A stretch of 64,000 bases of DNA from Cyanophora paradoxa CCMP329 (lineage: Eukaryota; Plantae; Glaucophyta), in NCBI GenBank assembly GCA_004431415.1, contig QPMI01000604.1, positions 1 to 64,000 of the forward strand. Reading direction: 5' to 3'. The position numbers were made by a program, and so were the translations under genes. The stretch's first letter is position 1; every line of letters begins with the position of its first letter. The notes under the pieces were generated by a model that worked only from the letters and a program-made list of their open reading frames with translations, did not search any database and was not told where the DNA came from. Of the stretch, positions 50,710 through 62,900 are shown one piece after another.

Positions 50710-53700
50710 CTACTCGTTGCCGGAGATGCGGTCGCGGAGCTCCTCGGGCTTGAGCGAGGTCGCCCCCTGCGCCCGCGTCTTCTCCTCCAGCTGCCGGGGG
50801 AAGAAGGATCAGGATCATCAGGATCAGGAGGCAAGATCTAGCAGCGGGCGAGGGGCGAGGGGGTGCGGGGCGTGCGGGGGAAGGAGGGGGGGGGGGGGGG
50901 GGGGCGTCAGGATCGGGAGGTAAGATCCAGGAGGGGGCGAGGGGCGAGTGGCGAGGGGCGAGGGGCGGGGCGGTGCGGGCGTGTCTCGGCGGCCCTCAAT
51001 GTCTAGGAGGGGGCCGGGCGCGGGGCGGGGCTATGGCGGGCACCTGGCGGCGCTCCTCGTCGCGGCGGGCGCGGGCGGCTTCGGCGAGGGCCGGCGGGAG
51101 CCGCGAGGCGCCCCGCTGCGTCAGGCTCGCCAGCGTCGCCTCCACCCACGCCTGCCCAGGAGAGAGCGTCAGAAAAGGGGGGCGGGGTGGGGGGGAGGGG
51201 AGCGGATGCCCGTTAGAGGAGAAGCACAGGAGCGCACAGTAGCGCAGGGCCTTAGAGCGGGCCCTTCGGTCTTTTGGCTCTACTTCTCCCTCTTTTCTCG
51301 ACGCCCGCCCGCCCCCTCTCGCCCGCTGACCTCGGGGACGTCGGTGCGGCGGGTGAGGACGTCGGCCCAGTTGTTCGTGTACCGCCGCGCCACGCACACG
51401 CTCTCGTACGCTGCGGGGGGGACCGGGCTCAGACGCGCTCAGAAGGAGGACTCAGAAGCGGGGCGCGGGGCGGACGGGTAGTGGCGACGACGTAGGAGAG
51501 CTTCTTGCCCCAGCCTGCGCCCCGGGCGGGGAGAGAAAGAAATGAGGACCGGCCCCTTTGCTCCAGAGCGCGAGGACCAAGCGGGGAGCGGGGCGGCGGG
51601 GCTCGCACCGGCCTCGTAGGTGAGCGGGGCGTCCCAAATGTCCTCGCACGGGTCCATGTGCACCTGGGGGGGGGAGGAGCGGGCTCAGGTGAGGAGGGGG
51701 TGGGGGGGGGGGATGGGGGAGGAGAGGGGGGAAGGGAGGACCCAGCGCCCGAGCTCCTCCGAGTAGACCTCAGTCCCTGCCGCGCCCCGACTCAGAGAGG
51801 AAGGAAAGAAGAAGGGGGGGGGGGAAGGAAAAGGGGGGTACGGGCGCACAGACGTGGTCGGTCCAGTCGTTGATGAAGCGAGCGTCGTACCCCATCGCCC
51901 GGCAGAAGAGCGTGAAGCACTGCGCGGCGGGGCGGGGCGGGGCGGGAGACGGGCGTGAGCAGATGAAGGTAGGCCGCGATATTAAGGGAAAGGGCGCTGG
52001 AGGCACCTGGGCCCACTCGCCGCAGCGGCCGCGGCGGCTCTTCATGAGCGCCGCGACGTGGTTGTAGCGGGGGAAGCGCGTCTCCGTCCGGCACGCCTGC
52101 GCCCCACGCTCAGAGACGAGCAGCCGAGCAGCAGAAGACGAGAAGGCGGGGGCGGTCGCTGTGTAGAGCTAGAGCGAAGCTGAGCTATAGAGCCGGAGCC
52201 AAGTTCTGAGATGCGGGCGCGGCGCCCGGCTCGGCTCGCCCGGCACACGTAGAACGCGGAAGAGCTAGAGCTAAGCTGTCGCTAAGGGACAGAGCTCCGA
52301 GGCGGATGGGGCTTGCTAAGCGCGCGATGAACTTGGAGCAGAGCTCTAAATGAAAGCGCCGGGCTCGGCTCGCCTGGCAGACGTAGGTCTCGGCGTGCCC
52401 CGCGAGCCCCGCCCGCTCCTCTGCGGCCCCGGCGTGAGCGGCCCGGCCTGTAGGGAGGAGGAAAGGCGTTGAAGGCTCTAGCCTCCCCTGCACTGCCCGG
52501 CCCGCCCCAGGCCCGGCCCGCACCGGGCGTCGGGGGCGCGAGGCCCGTCCGCTCCATGTTCGAGCTGCGCGGGGGGCCGCGCCTCAGAGGACACGGCGCA
52601 GCGCGGCGCCTCCGACCGAAAGCGACGGGGCGCGCACCCGCCGCAGGAGTCGCAGGGCGGGCTGTTGACCCAGCGGAAGTACTCGTGCTTGAACCTGCGC
52701 GACGGGCCCTCAGACCCGCCTACGGAGAGGAAGAGGGGAGGGTACCAGTGCATGAGCTGGCAGACGATCTCGTCGCGGCGGCCCCGCCCCGCCTGCCCCA
52801 AATCTCAGATAAAATCAGAGAGATCAAATCAGGGATCGAATCAGCGCGCCTGGCCCTCGCGGGCGCGGGCGGCGATCGCCTCGTCGGCGCGCCGCTCGAG
52901 CTCCGCCCGCGGGATCGCCTCCAGCGCCTTCCTCTGCTCAGATCAGATCAGATCGGATCGGATCAGATCGGATCGGATCAGATCAGATCAGATCAGTTCA
53001 GATCGAACCTGCATCGCGGGGTCCTCGTACTGCTTCGTCATCTCGACGGCCCCCAGCAGCCGCTGCATGAACCGCTCCTTGTTCCCCTGCATATGCGTAC
53101 CCGGCTCGGATCGGGAGGGGGGGGAAGCCGGGAGGGGGTACGGCGCACCTCCTGCTGGCGCCCGAGGAGCTGGGCCTTCGCCTGCCGCACCGCTGCGGCC
53201 TGGGCCGCGTGCGACTGGGGGTACAAGATTTCAGTCATGGGGATGGCGGGGTACGCGGTCGAGGGGATGGGGAGGGGGTACATGCCTGCTGCAGGTCCGC
53301 GAGCATCAGGTCCCCGAGGCGCCCCGCCACCTTGCCGACCTGTACCCCCCATTCGGACGGCAGAAGGGCTATTGTGGAGGGGGGGTGGGGATGCGCGCCT
53401 GGGTATCGACGCGTTCGGCGAAGAGGCATAGGCCCCCGAGCTGGGGGCACCGGCAGAAGAAGGGGGTAGCCTCCTCGGAGGCCGCCACCTGGACAGGGGG
53501 GTACCACGATCAGCAGGGGTACCGCGCAGAGGGGGGGATGACGGGGGAGAAGGGGGTACCTGGCCGCTGGCGCTCTGGCAGGTGGTCGCGCACGCCTGGC
53601 AGACCCTGTCCCCGCCCTGCGAACGAAGGCGAACGCTCCTCCGTGAGTCCCGGCCGAGGGGGGTAGAGGGGCGACCGGGCGGCTCGCCCTCAGAACGAAG

Positions 53701-54495
53701 ACCGGCTGCGCGGCGCGTCAGGCGAGTGAGAAGGGGGTACTGGTGGACGCGGGAAGAGGGGGGTACGGCGCGCCTGGAGGATCTCGCGTTTGCCGAAGAA
53801 GATGCGGGAGCAGCAGTTGCGGACCTCCTCGATGTCCTCCTGGAAGAACACTGCGACTCCGGTTCGAATCCGGCGAGGATCATTTCTTTCGAGGGCGCGC
53901 TCGTTCGGGGGCGCACCCTGCTCGAGCTCCTTGGGGACCTCGGGGGTAGGCCCGACGCAGTCCTTGCCCTTTGGATTCGATCTGCGCGGCATCCGTGAGT
54001 CTATGCAGAGGATCGCGCGAAGGACGGGAGGGGCGGGCGCACCCGCCGGCGGCGCAGGCGGCGGCGGCGGCGGCGGCGGCGGGGTCCGGGGCGCCCATGA
54101 GCAGCACCGGCTTCCCGGCGGCCGCCGCCTCCGCCACCTCTTCTGCCGTCTTGAGGATCTGCGGGGGGGGGGTACTGAGTCCAACGCGCGGCCGGCGAGC
54201 TGGCGGCCTGGAGCCGTGCGCGCCTTCCCCTTGGAGAGGAGCTTCTGGCGCTCGGGGGGTACGTCCGTCAACGAGAAGAGCTGCGGGGCGGCTGAGCAAG
54301 AGCGGGGGGGGGTACGGGGACGGCCGAAGCGGGGGGTACGTGCGGGCCTGGGAGAGGAGCAGCTCGAGGCCGTCCGCGGGGTCGAACTCGACCTCGTGCG
54401 TCTTCCTGCGCGCTTTCAGAGGGACGAAGCGGGGCGGGGCGGGCGGGCCGAAGCGGGGCCTACTTGTTGTGGGTGATGGAGATTGAGACCGGCAT
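50710..54495 (-). CDS. PNG1: Peptide:N-glycanase (PNG1/NGLY1 family) with N-terminal ubiquitin-like domain
   Basis: [78 protein letters not shown] (C-H-D triad). N-terminal [19 protein letters not shown]...VLLMG is UBL-like. Confidence 0.9.
52934..53008. repeat. Intron consisting almost wholly of (GATCA/GATCG)n
   Basis: Minus-strand intron GTTCG(ATCTG/ATCCG)n...AGCAG between exons EDPAMQ and RKALEAIP. Confidence 0.85.
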
Positions 54496-55095
54496 GGCTC
54501 CTGCTTGCTCGCCTGAAGAGGTCTGCTCTCAGGAATCACTCTGCGCGGCGCCAGCGTGCGCGTCAGCGAATGCGCGTCAGCGAATGGCCCGCAGCGTCTC
54601 GGAGAGGGAGAGCGTTCTCGGTTGTCTTAAAGCTGCAGGCGAGAGTGCTTGAGCAGCCTGGCACGCGAGCCGGTGGTGCCTGAATGCATTCGCACAATGC
54701 GTACACGCCCGGCCGGGCGGCCCACGATGGCCGCAGCGAGAATAGAGCATCTTCACACAGCTAATGCACCAGGGGCGCGCTTTCCCACTCACCCCACGCG
54801 GCCGCTGCCGATCCTTCGCCGAAGACGGGCGGCGGGCAGTCCGGGGCGACGGAGCGCGACAGAAGCGACAGCTGCGGCCAGGAATCGATCAGCGGATGCC
54901 GCCCCGGCGCGCACGTCGCGGGCAGAGCGGTGTCGGCTGACATGAGTCGGCGCTCCTGCTGGTCGACGCAGCGCCGCGCTGAGCACCTGCCGAGCGGCGC
55001 GGAGTGAGGATGCGGGTCGCTGGAAGCGTCTAGAGCCCTCGGACCTGAGCCGCCTGCTTTTTTTCGCAGCGAATAGGGTACAACGTATTCGAGGG

Positions 55096-57411
55096 ATGAA
55101 GAGCGATCCGGGAGGCGGCGCGCCTGCGCTAGGCGGAGGCGATCCAACCGGGGGCGATCTGGGCGGGAGCGCGCCTCCGGCGCTCGCGCCCGTCCTGCAC
55201 GGGCAGTGCTCTTGGACGGACGAGGTGCCGGCCGCTCTCCCGCGCTGGTGCTTGCGCCGCGCTGACGCCCGAAGCCAGCTGCTTGTCAAGAGCAACAAGT
55301 TCTACCCGCCCAGCGTCCGCACCAGCGAGGAACAGCTGAAGTTCTACGCCTCCAAGTTCCCATTCGTGCGCCACGCCTGCGCCGCGCGTTTCAACCGCTT
55401 TCAGACGCTGCGCTGACTTCGCTGCGCGTCGCACGCGAAGGTAGAGATCGATACGAGGTCCGCACGCGCACCGCACGCGTACGCGTGGTGCCGCCGCGCT
55501 GGGGCCGCGGCCAGCGCCGGCGCGCGCGACGTCGAGCCTGCAGCTGACGAGGCGCCTCGCCGCCGTCGCGCAGCAACTACGCGATCCCAAGCCCGAAGAA
55601 GGTCGCGGACTGGGTCGCGCGCACGCCCCCGGGCTTCCTCTTCCACTTCAAAATCTTCGGGCGCGTACGCGTGCACGCGCGCAGCTTAAACTGCGCTCTC
55701 GATCTCTCTTAGTCTCCGGTCCACGCCTCCGCCCTGACCTCTGGCCCGCGCGGCCCGGCCCGGCAGCCTGCTCTGCGGGCGGGAGGTCCAGTACAGGAGC
55801 ATGCCCTGGCAGGCGAAGCAGCTGCTGCCCGCGGAGCGCTTCGGTGGCGAGGCGGGCACAGTCTCCATGGCCGACCTCAGCGAGGCGCGCGCGCTCGCGG
55901 CGCTTTCTAAGCTTCGGCGCTGAATTCCCGCCGAATTTCCAGGAGGCGGAGGAGGCGGTGTGGGGCGCCTTCCACGCGGCCGTGCAGCCGGCGGCGGAGA
56001 AGGGACGCCTCGGCCTCGTCGTCTTCCAGTTCGCCGCGGGCTTCGGCGACACGGGCGAGAACCGCGCCTGGATCGCCCGCTGCGCCGAGAAGGCGAGCAC
56101 CTCGAATTTGATCCGCCGAATTCGAATCGAACCCGATCTCAGATGAGGCCGCACACGATCGCGGTGGAGCTGCGCGCGCGCGAGTGGTACGCCCCCGCCG
56201 CCGGCACCGCCGACTTCCTCCGCTCCATCGGCGCCGTGCGCACCCGCACCCGTCCCTGCGCCCCCTCCGCCTTCGAATTTGATCTCTTGATGCAGGTCCG
56301 GGTGACTGTGGACGAGAGGGACGTCGAGAACGTCGCCCCCGAGGCCGTCGACGCGAACCCGGGTGCATAATTCAGTGTGCCCCAGTAACCCCGCCGGCCG
56401 GCCGACCGCGTCCCTCCCGCTCAGAGGCGGGGCGGCCGGTGCCGCTGGAGCCGGCTCCGAGCCACGCCGAGCTCGCCTACGTCCGCGTGCACCGCCGCGC
56501 CGGCCCCGCCCGCCTCCTCCGCCCCCCCGAGCTCCAGCGGTGCGCCTGCCCCCGCCCGGCGCGACGCGCTGCGAGGCAAGCTCTAGCGCATAAATTGCAC
56601 CGCAAGTCTAAGATCCAGCGCTGCGCGTGCGGCATAACCCTAGGGATTCAAATCTTATCTTATTTGAAGGCGGCTCTTGTGACGCCCCTCCGCCAGATGG
56701 CTCGCCATCCTCGCGGTCCTCCGCGCCCAGGTGGCCCGCGCCGTCTTCATCGCCTGGAACACCAACGAGGCGGACCAGAGCGTCCAGAACGCCGTGCGCG
56801 CCGCCCATGAGATGATCAGCTTGATGCTAAGATCTAGACCCTGATCATGAGCTCTAACATGATTTGCAGTACGCGCTCTCGCGGATGCTGGAGCCCGACT
56901 CGCTGGCGGAGTGGGAGCGCAAGCGGCTCGAGGCCCACGGCGGCGGCATCAAAGGTTCGGCAACTAAGGGCTGCCTGCGCCGTCGAATCTCACTTTCGGG
57001 TCTCTGACGGGCGCTGGTGGGGGCGGACGCTCAGCCATGTTCGCGCGCGCGGAGGCGAGGGGCAGAGAGGCGGCGCCGGCGCCGGCGCCGGCGGATGCGG
57101 GAGGCGGCGCGGGCGAGGCCGCCGAGGTCGCCGAGGCCGCTCCGGACCCGCCGGCAACGCAGGCCGGCCGCTCGGGCCTGAGGGGGCCCGGCGCGACGCA
57201 GCCTGCAGCCGCCGGGGCGTCAACTGCTCCGGGCAGCCCGAAAGATCGAAAGGCGGGCGCGCCCGCCTCGCCGGGCGGGGCGGGGGCCAAGCGGGCGGCG
57301 GCGGGCGGCGGGGGGAGCGCCGGGAAGGGCAAGAAGGCGAAGGGAGGACAGGCGCAGGGGCCGCCCCCGGGCCAGGCGTCCCTCAAGAGCTTCTTCGGCC
57401 CCAAGACGTGA
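55096..57411 (+). CDS. DUF72 (YecE/YunF-like) TIM-barrel protein with C-terminal PIP box
   Basis: GQCSW, FYP...LKFYASKFPF/VEIDTS/NYAIPS, WVARTPPGFLFHFK, GRLGLVVFQF, IAVELR, VTVDE, AYVRVHRR. The last exon, joined in frame via IKA-MF, ends QASLKSFFGPKT*. Confidence 0.85.
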
Positions 57412-57835
57412 ACGATGGGCTCGATCATGAGATCTAGGCCTAGATTGTAGATTGTAGAACCTAGATCTACAGTAACAAGGTAGGGAATACGTGGTTGTAA
57501 AGTACAAGAGTAGCCATAGCTATTTAGTGTACGTGATTATAATTATTCATCATGATCATGATCATAATCATGAGTACTAGTCGACGTCTTGCCCTCAGGG
57601 GCCTCGCGCGCATTTCCATTTTTAAGCGATTTTCTGGCCTGGACTTCTTCAGTGCGGACAGTGTCGTGGGCCCCGACCGGTACCCGACCCTGCGAGGCTT
57701 GTGTGCCTGGCGCCCCCGGCCTAAGGGTTGCTCGCCCTCGCGATCGGACTTCATGAACCAGCAGCTAAAGACGCGAGCGCCCTGCCCTGCCCCGCCCTGC
57801 CAAGCCCTGCCATATATCATTTCCACTCTGATCGC

Positions 57836-59855
57836 TCACAACGCGAGGTCGAATCGGACGGTGTCCGAGCGGAGGAAGGGGCCGCCGCCACCGCCCTTCT
57901 CCAGCTGCGCGGGGCCGGCCGGCCACCCCGTCAGCCCCCAGCGCGGGCGAGCGAGCGGGCGGGCGCCGCGCGGGTTAGAGGGGACCCACCTGCCGGACCC
58001 ACGCGATGCTCGTTTCGTTCGCGAAGTACCCCTGCGACGCGGCGGCGTCAGACGCGGGGACGGGGGCGGGCGGAGCGGTGGGGGAAGCGTGTGGCTCACC
58101 TGAGCCGCCCAGGACAGCATCTCCGAGGTCTTGTACGGCCCAAAGACTTCCTGCCCCTCCTCGCTCCCTGCGAACGAAGAGGTCAGGGGACGGCGGCGCG
58201 GGGGGTACGCGGCGGCGGGGCCGGGGCTCGCATTTGTACTCCCACAGCGGCTCGTCCGAGCCGGACGCGGCGTCGGCGCCGGCCGCCGGGCCCCCCGGCG
58301 GGCCGGCCCGCGCCCCCGAAGGCCGCACGGCCGCCAGAAACTTCTCGTACGGGTCCTGGTACACGCCTGTACCCCCCAGCCGTCGGCGGGGCGCCGGCGC
58401 GGACGGACGGACGGGCGGGCGGGCGGGCGCACTGGCGTGGCCGGCGCTCAGGAGGCGGTCAGCCGCTTCGGTGAGCCGCTCGAAGTCGCTCCCGGGCGCC
58501 CCGCCCCTCTTCTTCACCTGGGCCGCCTTCCCGGGCGCCGGCGCCGGGCCCCGCAGCCGCCGCAGCGCCGTCAGGACCGTCTCCCTGCGAGCGAAGTGGG
58601 CGCGGGCATCCCCCGGGGCGCCGCGCCGCGTACCCCGGCTTGATCAGGGAGAGAATCGTGCGCCGGCACGCGGGAACGTCCACCTACGGGCCGGGCCGGG
58701 TCAAAAAGGGGAGGGCGGGGGGGAGGGGAGGAAAGGAAGGTGGGGGGGTAGGCCCGCCTCCTCGGCGTCCTCGTCGGAGTCGATGGGCTTGTCGGCCTGC
58801 AGGTCCCACGAGAGGTTCTTGGCGCGCTTGACCCACTCGAACTTGTCCGCCTTGGCCTTGTCCGCCGCCAGCCGCTTCTTCCGCCTGCGCGCCCCGCCCC
58901 GTCGGCGGCGGCGGCGGCCGAGGGCGACCGGGCGGGAAAGCCCGGGGGCGGCGCGGGCGCACGAGAACTCGGGTCCCAGGTTCTTCTCCTCCTCGTCCGC
59001 GTCGTCCTCGTCCGGGTTCTGCGGCGCGGCGGCGCTCGGCGGGCGGGGGGCGGCGGGCGAGGCGGGGCGCGCGGGGCGGGGGGCGGGGGGCGGGGGACGG
59101 GTACCGCCTGGGCCTCGTCTTCGCCCTCGACCTCCTCGAGCCACGCGTCGCGCACGTCCTTCTTCAGGCGGTGCTCCACCTGCACGCCGGCCACCCGCGC
59201 GTCGGACCGCGGGCGGCGGGCGGCGGGCGGCGGGCGGAGAGCGGAGGGCGCGGGGACGGAGGGACGGATAAGGGCGCACGTAGTTGCCATCCTCGTCGAA
59301 GTAGCCCTCCTTCTTCTCGCGCTTCAGGTTGAACGGCTCCAGGGGCACGTCCCAGTCCGACTGCGGGCGCCGCTCAGCCGCAGCGGAGCGGGCGGGCGGG
59401 TGGCAATGGTGCGGCCGGCAGATAGCGCCCCGGCGGCGCGCTGTGCCCGCACCTGCATCTTCTTGGCAGCATCGTCTGGGCCTTCCTCCTCACCCTCCAC
59501 CTCGGTCATCATCTTCAGGGCGGCGGCATCCGCGGCATCCTTCTTCTTCTTACGACGCGCGATCTGCGCGTCCAGGTCGTTCTCGTCCTCCGGCTCGTTG
59601 CCACCGAAGCCTTGTTCAAACGCGTCCAGCTCCGCGTCCTCTTCCGACGCGTCCCCCTCGTCATCGTAGTCCTCGCTGTACTCAGCTCGCATCAGCGGGA
59701 CGATCGCGCTGCGTACGCTGCGGGAGGGTGGGAGCATCGCACTCGAAAGCGGCACGCTTCGCCGCCCCGCGAATCTCGCCCTGGACGAGATCCCGGTGCG
59801 ACTTGCCGCGCTTCTCGACGCCATCCAGCGACCCAGCTCCACGTTTGGGCGGCAT
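57836..59855 (-). CDS. CD2BP2: U5 snRNP 52K protein / CD2BP2 / Lin1 homolog with GYF domain
   Basis: PLEPFNLKREKKEGYFDEDGNYV, DAWLEEV, ETVLTALRRL, FERLTEAADRLL, LWEYK...VFGPYKTSEMLSWAAQ/GYF. Confidence 0.9.
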
Positions 59856-59900
59856 CGTTGTGCTTGCTCTGTACCCGTTCCAGCCAGGGTACAGTGACGG

Positions 59901-62900
59901 ATGAGGTCGGCCGCTGTGGTCCTCGTGGCCGTGCTCGCGGCGCTCCTTGTGGGCCGCCCGGCGCTTAGGATAGAGCGGTCAGCACCGGGGAGCAGCCCCC
60001 GGCCCGCGTGGCGCGAGGCGAGGAACTCGAGCTTGGAGGAGCCCGCGGCCGCGCCGCGTACGGAGGCGCAGAGCAGCGCAAGCGTGGAACATGGTGCGTG
60101 CGGAGGACAGCGCTGAGCGCCCGCCCTCCTCGCGGGCCGCTCAAGCCGCCGCGCAGAGTTCATCGTGTCCTTCAAGTCGTACCTCCACGCGGAGGAGCAC
60201 GAGCGCGCCCTGCGTGCATCCGTAGGGGACGACGCTTCCTTGCGGGTTATCCCGCGCAAGAACGCGGCGGCCGCTTTCCCGACGGACTTCCTTTTAGTCC
60301 GGGTGAGGGGCCCCGGGCCGCGCGAGGGAGGGCCGCCACGACGCGGGACGCAGCTCGCGGACGGAGCGGACGAGGGCGAGCTGCTGCGGCGGATCCGTGC
60401 GATCCCGGAGGTCCGGCACGTCGTCCCGCAGCGGCGCATCGTCGACACGCTCCTCTCGCTGCGCACCGGGCCGGGCACCGACCCGCTCGGCCGCCCGCCG
60501 TGGCGATCGCGGTGCGCTCGTTTCTCTCGCCGCCCGCCGCCCGCCGCCCGCCTCCGGTCGACGCTGGCGGCGCCTCACGCGCCCCGCGGCGCAGGAAAGG
60601 GACGGGGCGGCCCTTCTCGTTCGACGAGGAGGAGGGCCTCCCGCTGCGGAGCAGGCGGAGGCTCCTCAGCTCCCAGGTCACGTCCCTCCTCAACGCCGAC
60701 CAGCTCTGGGGCAAGGGGTTCTCCGGCGCGCCGCCCCGCCTCGCCGCGCTGCGCCCCGCGTCGCCGCGCCGCGCCGCCGCTGAGCGCGGCGCCGCGGCGA
60801 GCAGGCAAGGGCGTCAAGGTCGCGATCTTCGACACGGGGCTCAAGATCGACCACCCCCACTTCCGCAACATCAAGGCGCGCTTGTACCCCCCTCTTCCCC
60901 CCCGCCCCCAGCCTCCTCACGGTACCCCGCAGGAGCGGACGAACTGGACGGACGAGGACACGCTCGACGACGGACTCGGCCACGGCACCTTCGTCGCGGG
61001 GGTACGCGTTTTCCTTCTCCCGGCCCTTCCGCTCCGTTCGCCCGCCCGCGGTCGCCCGACGGCCGATTCGCTTCGTTCGCTCGCAGGTGGTGGCCTCGCA
61101 CGACGGGGAGTGCAAGGGCTTCGCCCCCGACGCCGACATCCACACCTTCCGCGTCTTCACCAACGGGCAGGGTACCCCCCCCTGCCCTGCCCCCCCCCGC
61201 GCTTTCTCCTTGCGCCGACCCCCCGGGGGGGTACAGTCTCGTACACGTCGTGGTTCCTGGACGCCTTCAACTACGCCATCCGCTCCCGCGTCAACATTCT
61301 GAACCTCTCCATCGGGTATCCCCCTTCTCTCGTCGCCCAAATCGCGTACCCCCGCTCACCTTCCCCCCCACGCAGGGGCCCGGACTACATGGACCGACCC
61401 TTTGTCGACAAGGTCCGTTCGTTCGTTTAGGCACCCCCAAGCCGCTCGGGCCCCGCTCCGCCTCGGGCCTGCCCCAGAAGCCCTGCGTCCCGCCCGCGGG
61501 AGAGAGGCACAGCCCTCTCCGCCCTTGGCCCTCGCCCCGCCCGAGGGGCACTAGACGAGCAGCTACCGCCCCACCCCGCCCAGCCCGCGCCGCCCGGGGC
61601 CGCCCGCGCCCTCGGGCGGACCGACCTGAGCACGGGGGCGGCCTCAGGTGAACGAGATGGCGGCGAACAACATTATCGTCGTCTCCGCCATCGGCAACGA
61701 CGGGCCCCTCTACGGGTTCGGCTCCCGCCGGGGCCGCTTTCCGCCGCTCTCCGGGGGCCACTCTTTCACACCTTAACTCTGCCTCCGCGCAGGACCCTGA
61801 ACAACCCCGCCGACCAGACCGACGTCATCGGCGTGCGTGCCGACCCGAGGCCGTCCCCGTACCCCGGCCCGACGCGCGAGCGCGCAGGTGGGGGGTATCG
61901 ATTTCGACGAGTCGATCGCCTCCTTCTCGTCCCGCGGGATGACCTCCTGGGAGGGTGCGTACCCCCCTCCCCTCCTCCCCCCCTCCCCCCTTCCTCTCTT
62001 GAACCTTGCTGTACCCCCACCCTCCCGCAGCGCCCGACGGATACGGCCGCCCGAAGCCCGACCTGGTCGCCTACGGTCCGCCCGTAACCCCCCCCCCCCC
62101 CGCCTCTCTTTTTCTGTACCCCTTACGCCCCCGCCCGCCCGCCCCTGCAGGCCGCAACGTGTACGGCTCTCGCATGGGCGGCGGCTGCCGCTCCCTCTCC
62201 GGTACCCCCCCCCCCGGGCCCTATCCACCCCTACCCCTGCCAACCGCGCGTGTACCCGGCAGGGACGTCGGTGGCCTCGCCGGTGGTCTGTGGGGCGGTG
62301 ACGCTGCTCGCGTCTGTCATCCCCGAGGACCGCCGCTGGAAGGTCAACCAAGGCGCAGAGATGGGGCGGGGCGGGGCGAACAGGGCCCTGAGGCCCTCCC
62401 CCCGCAGGTGCTCAACCCGGCGAGCATGAAGCAGGCGCTGGTTGAGTCGGCGGTGCGCGTCAAGACGGGCGCCAACGTCTTCGAGCAGGGCGCCGGCAAG
62501 TGCGTGGGCGTGGGCGTGGGAGTGGGAGTGGGGGTGGGACGGGCCCGACCCGCCCACTCGGCTCGATCCATCCGAGCCGGCTGCCCGCCCGCCTGGCCCG
62601 GCTCGGCTCGATACGAGCCGGCTCGCGCGCAGGCTGAACCTGGTGGGCGCCCACGAGATCCTCGCGAAGTACACGCCCCGCGCCTCCCTCCACCCCAAGA
62701 GGTAGGCTGAGCTCAGCTGAGCTGAGCTGTCTGCGAGCGCGCCGGCGCTGTACTGAGCCGAGCTTCCTTCCCCCCCCCTCCCCCCCCTGCCCCCCCCCCC
62801 CCCCCCCCCCCCCCCAGCCTGGACCTGGCGGACTGCCCGTACATGTGGCCCTTCTGCACGCAGCCGCTCTACGCCCGCGCGCAGCCCGTCGTCTTCAATG

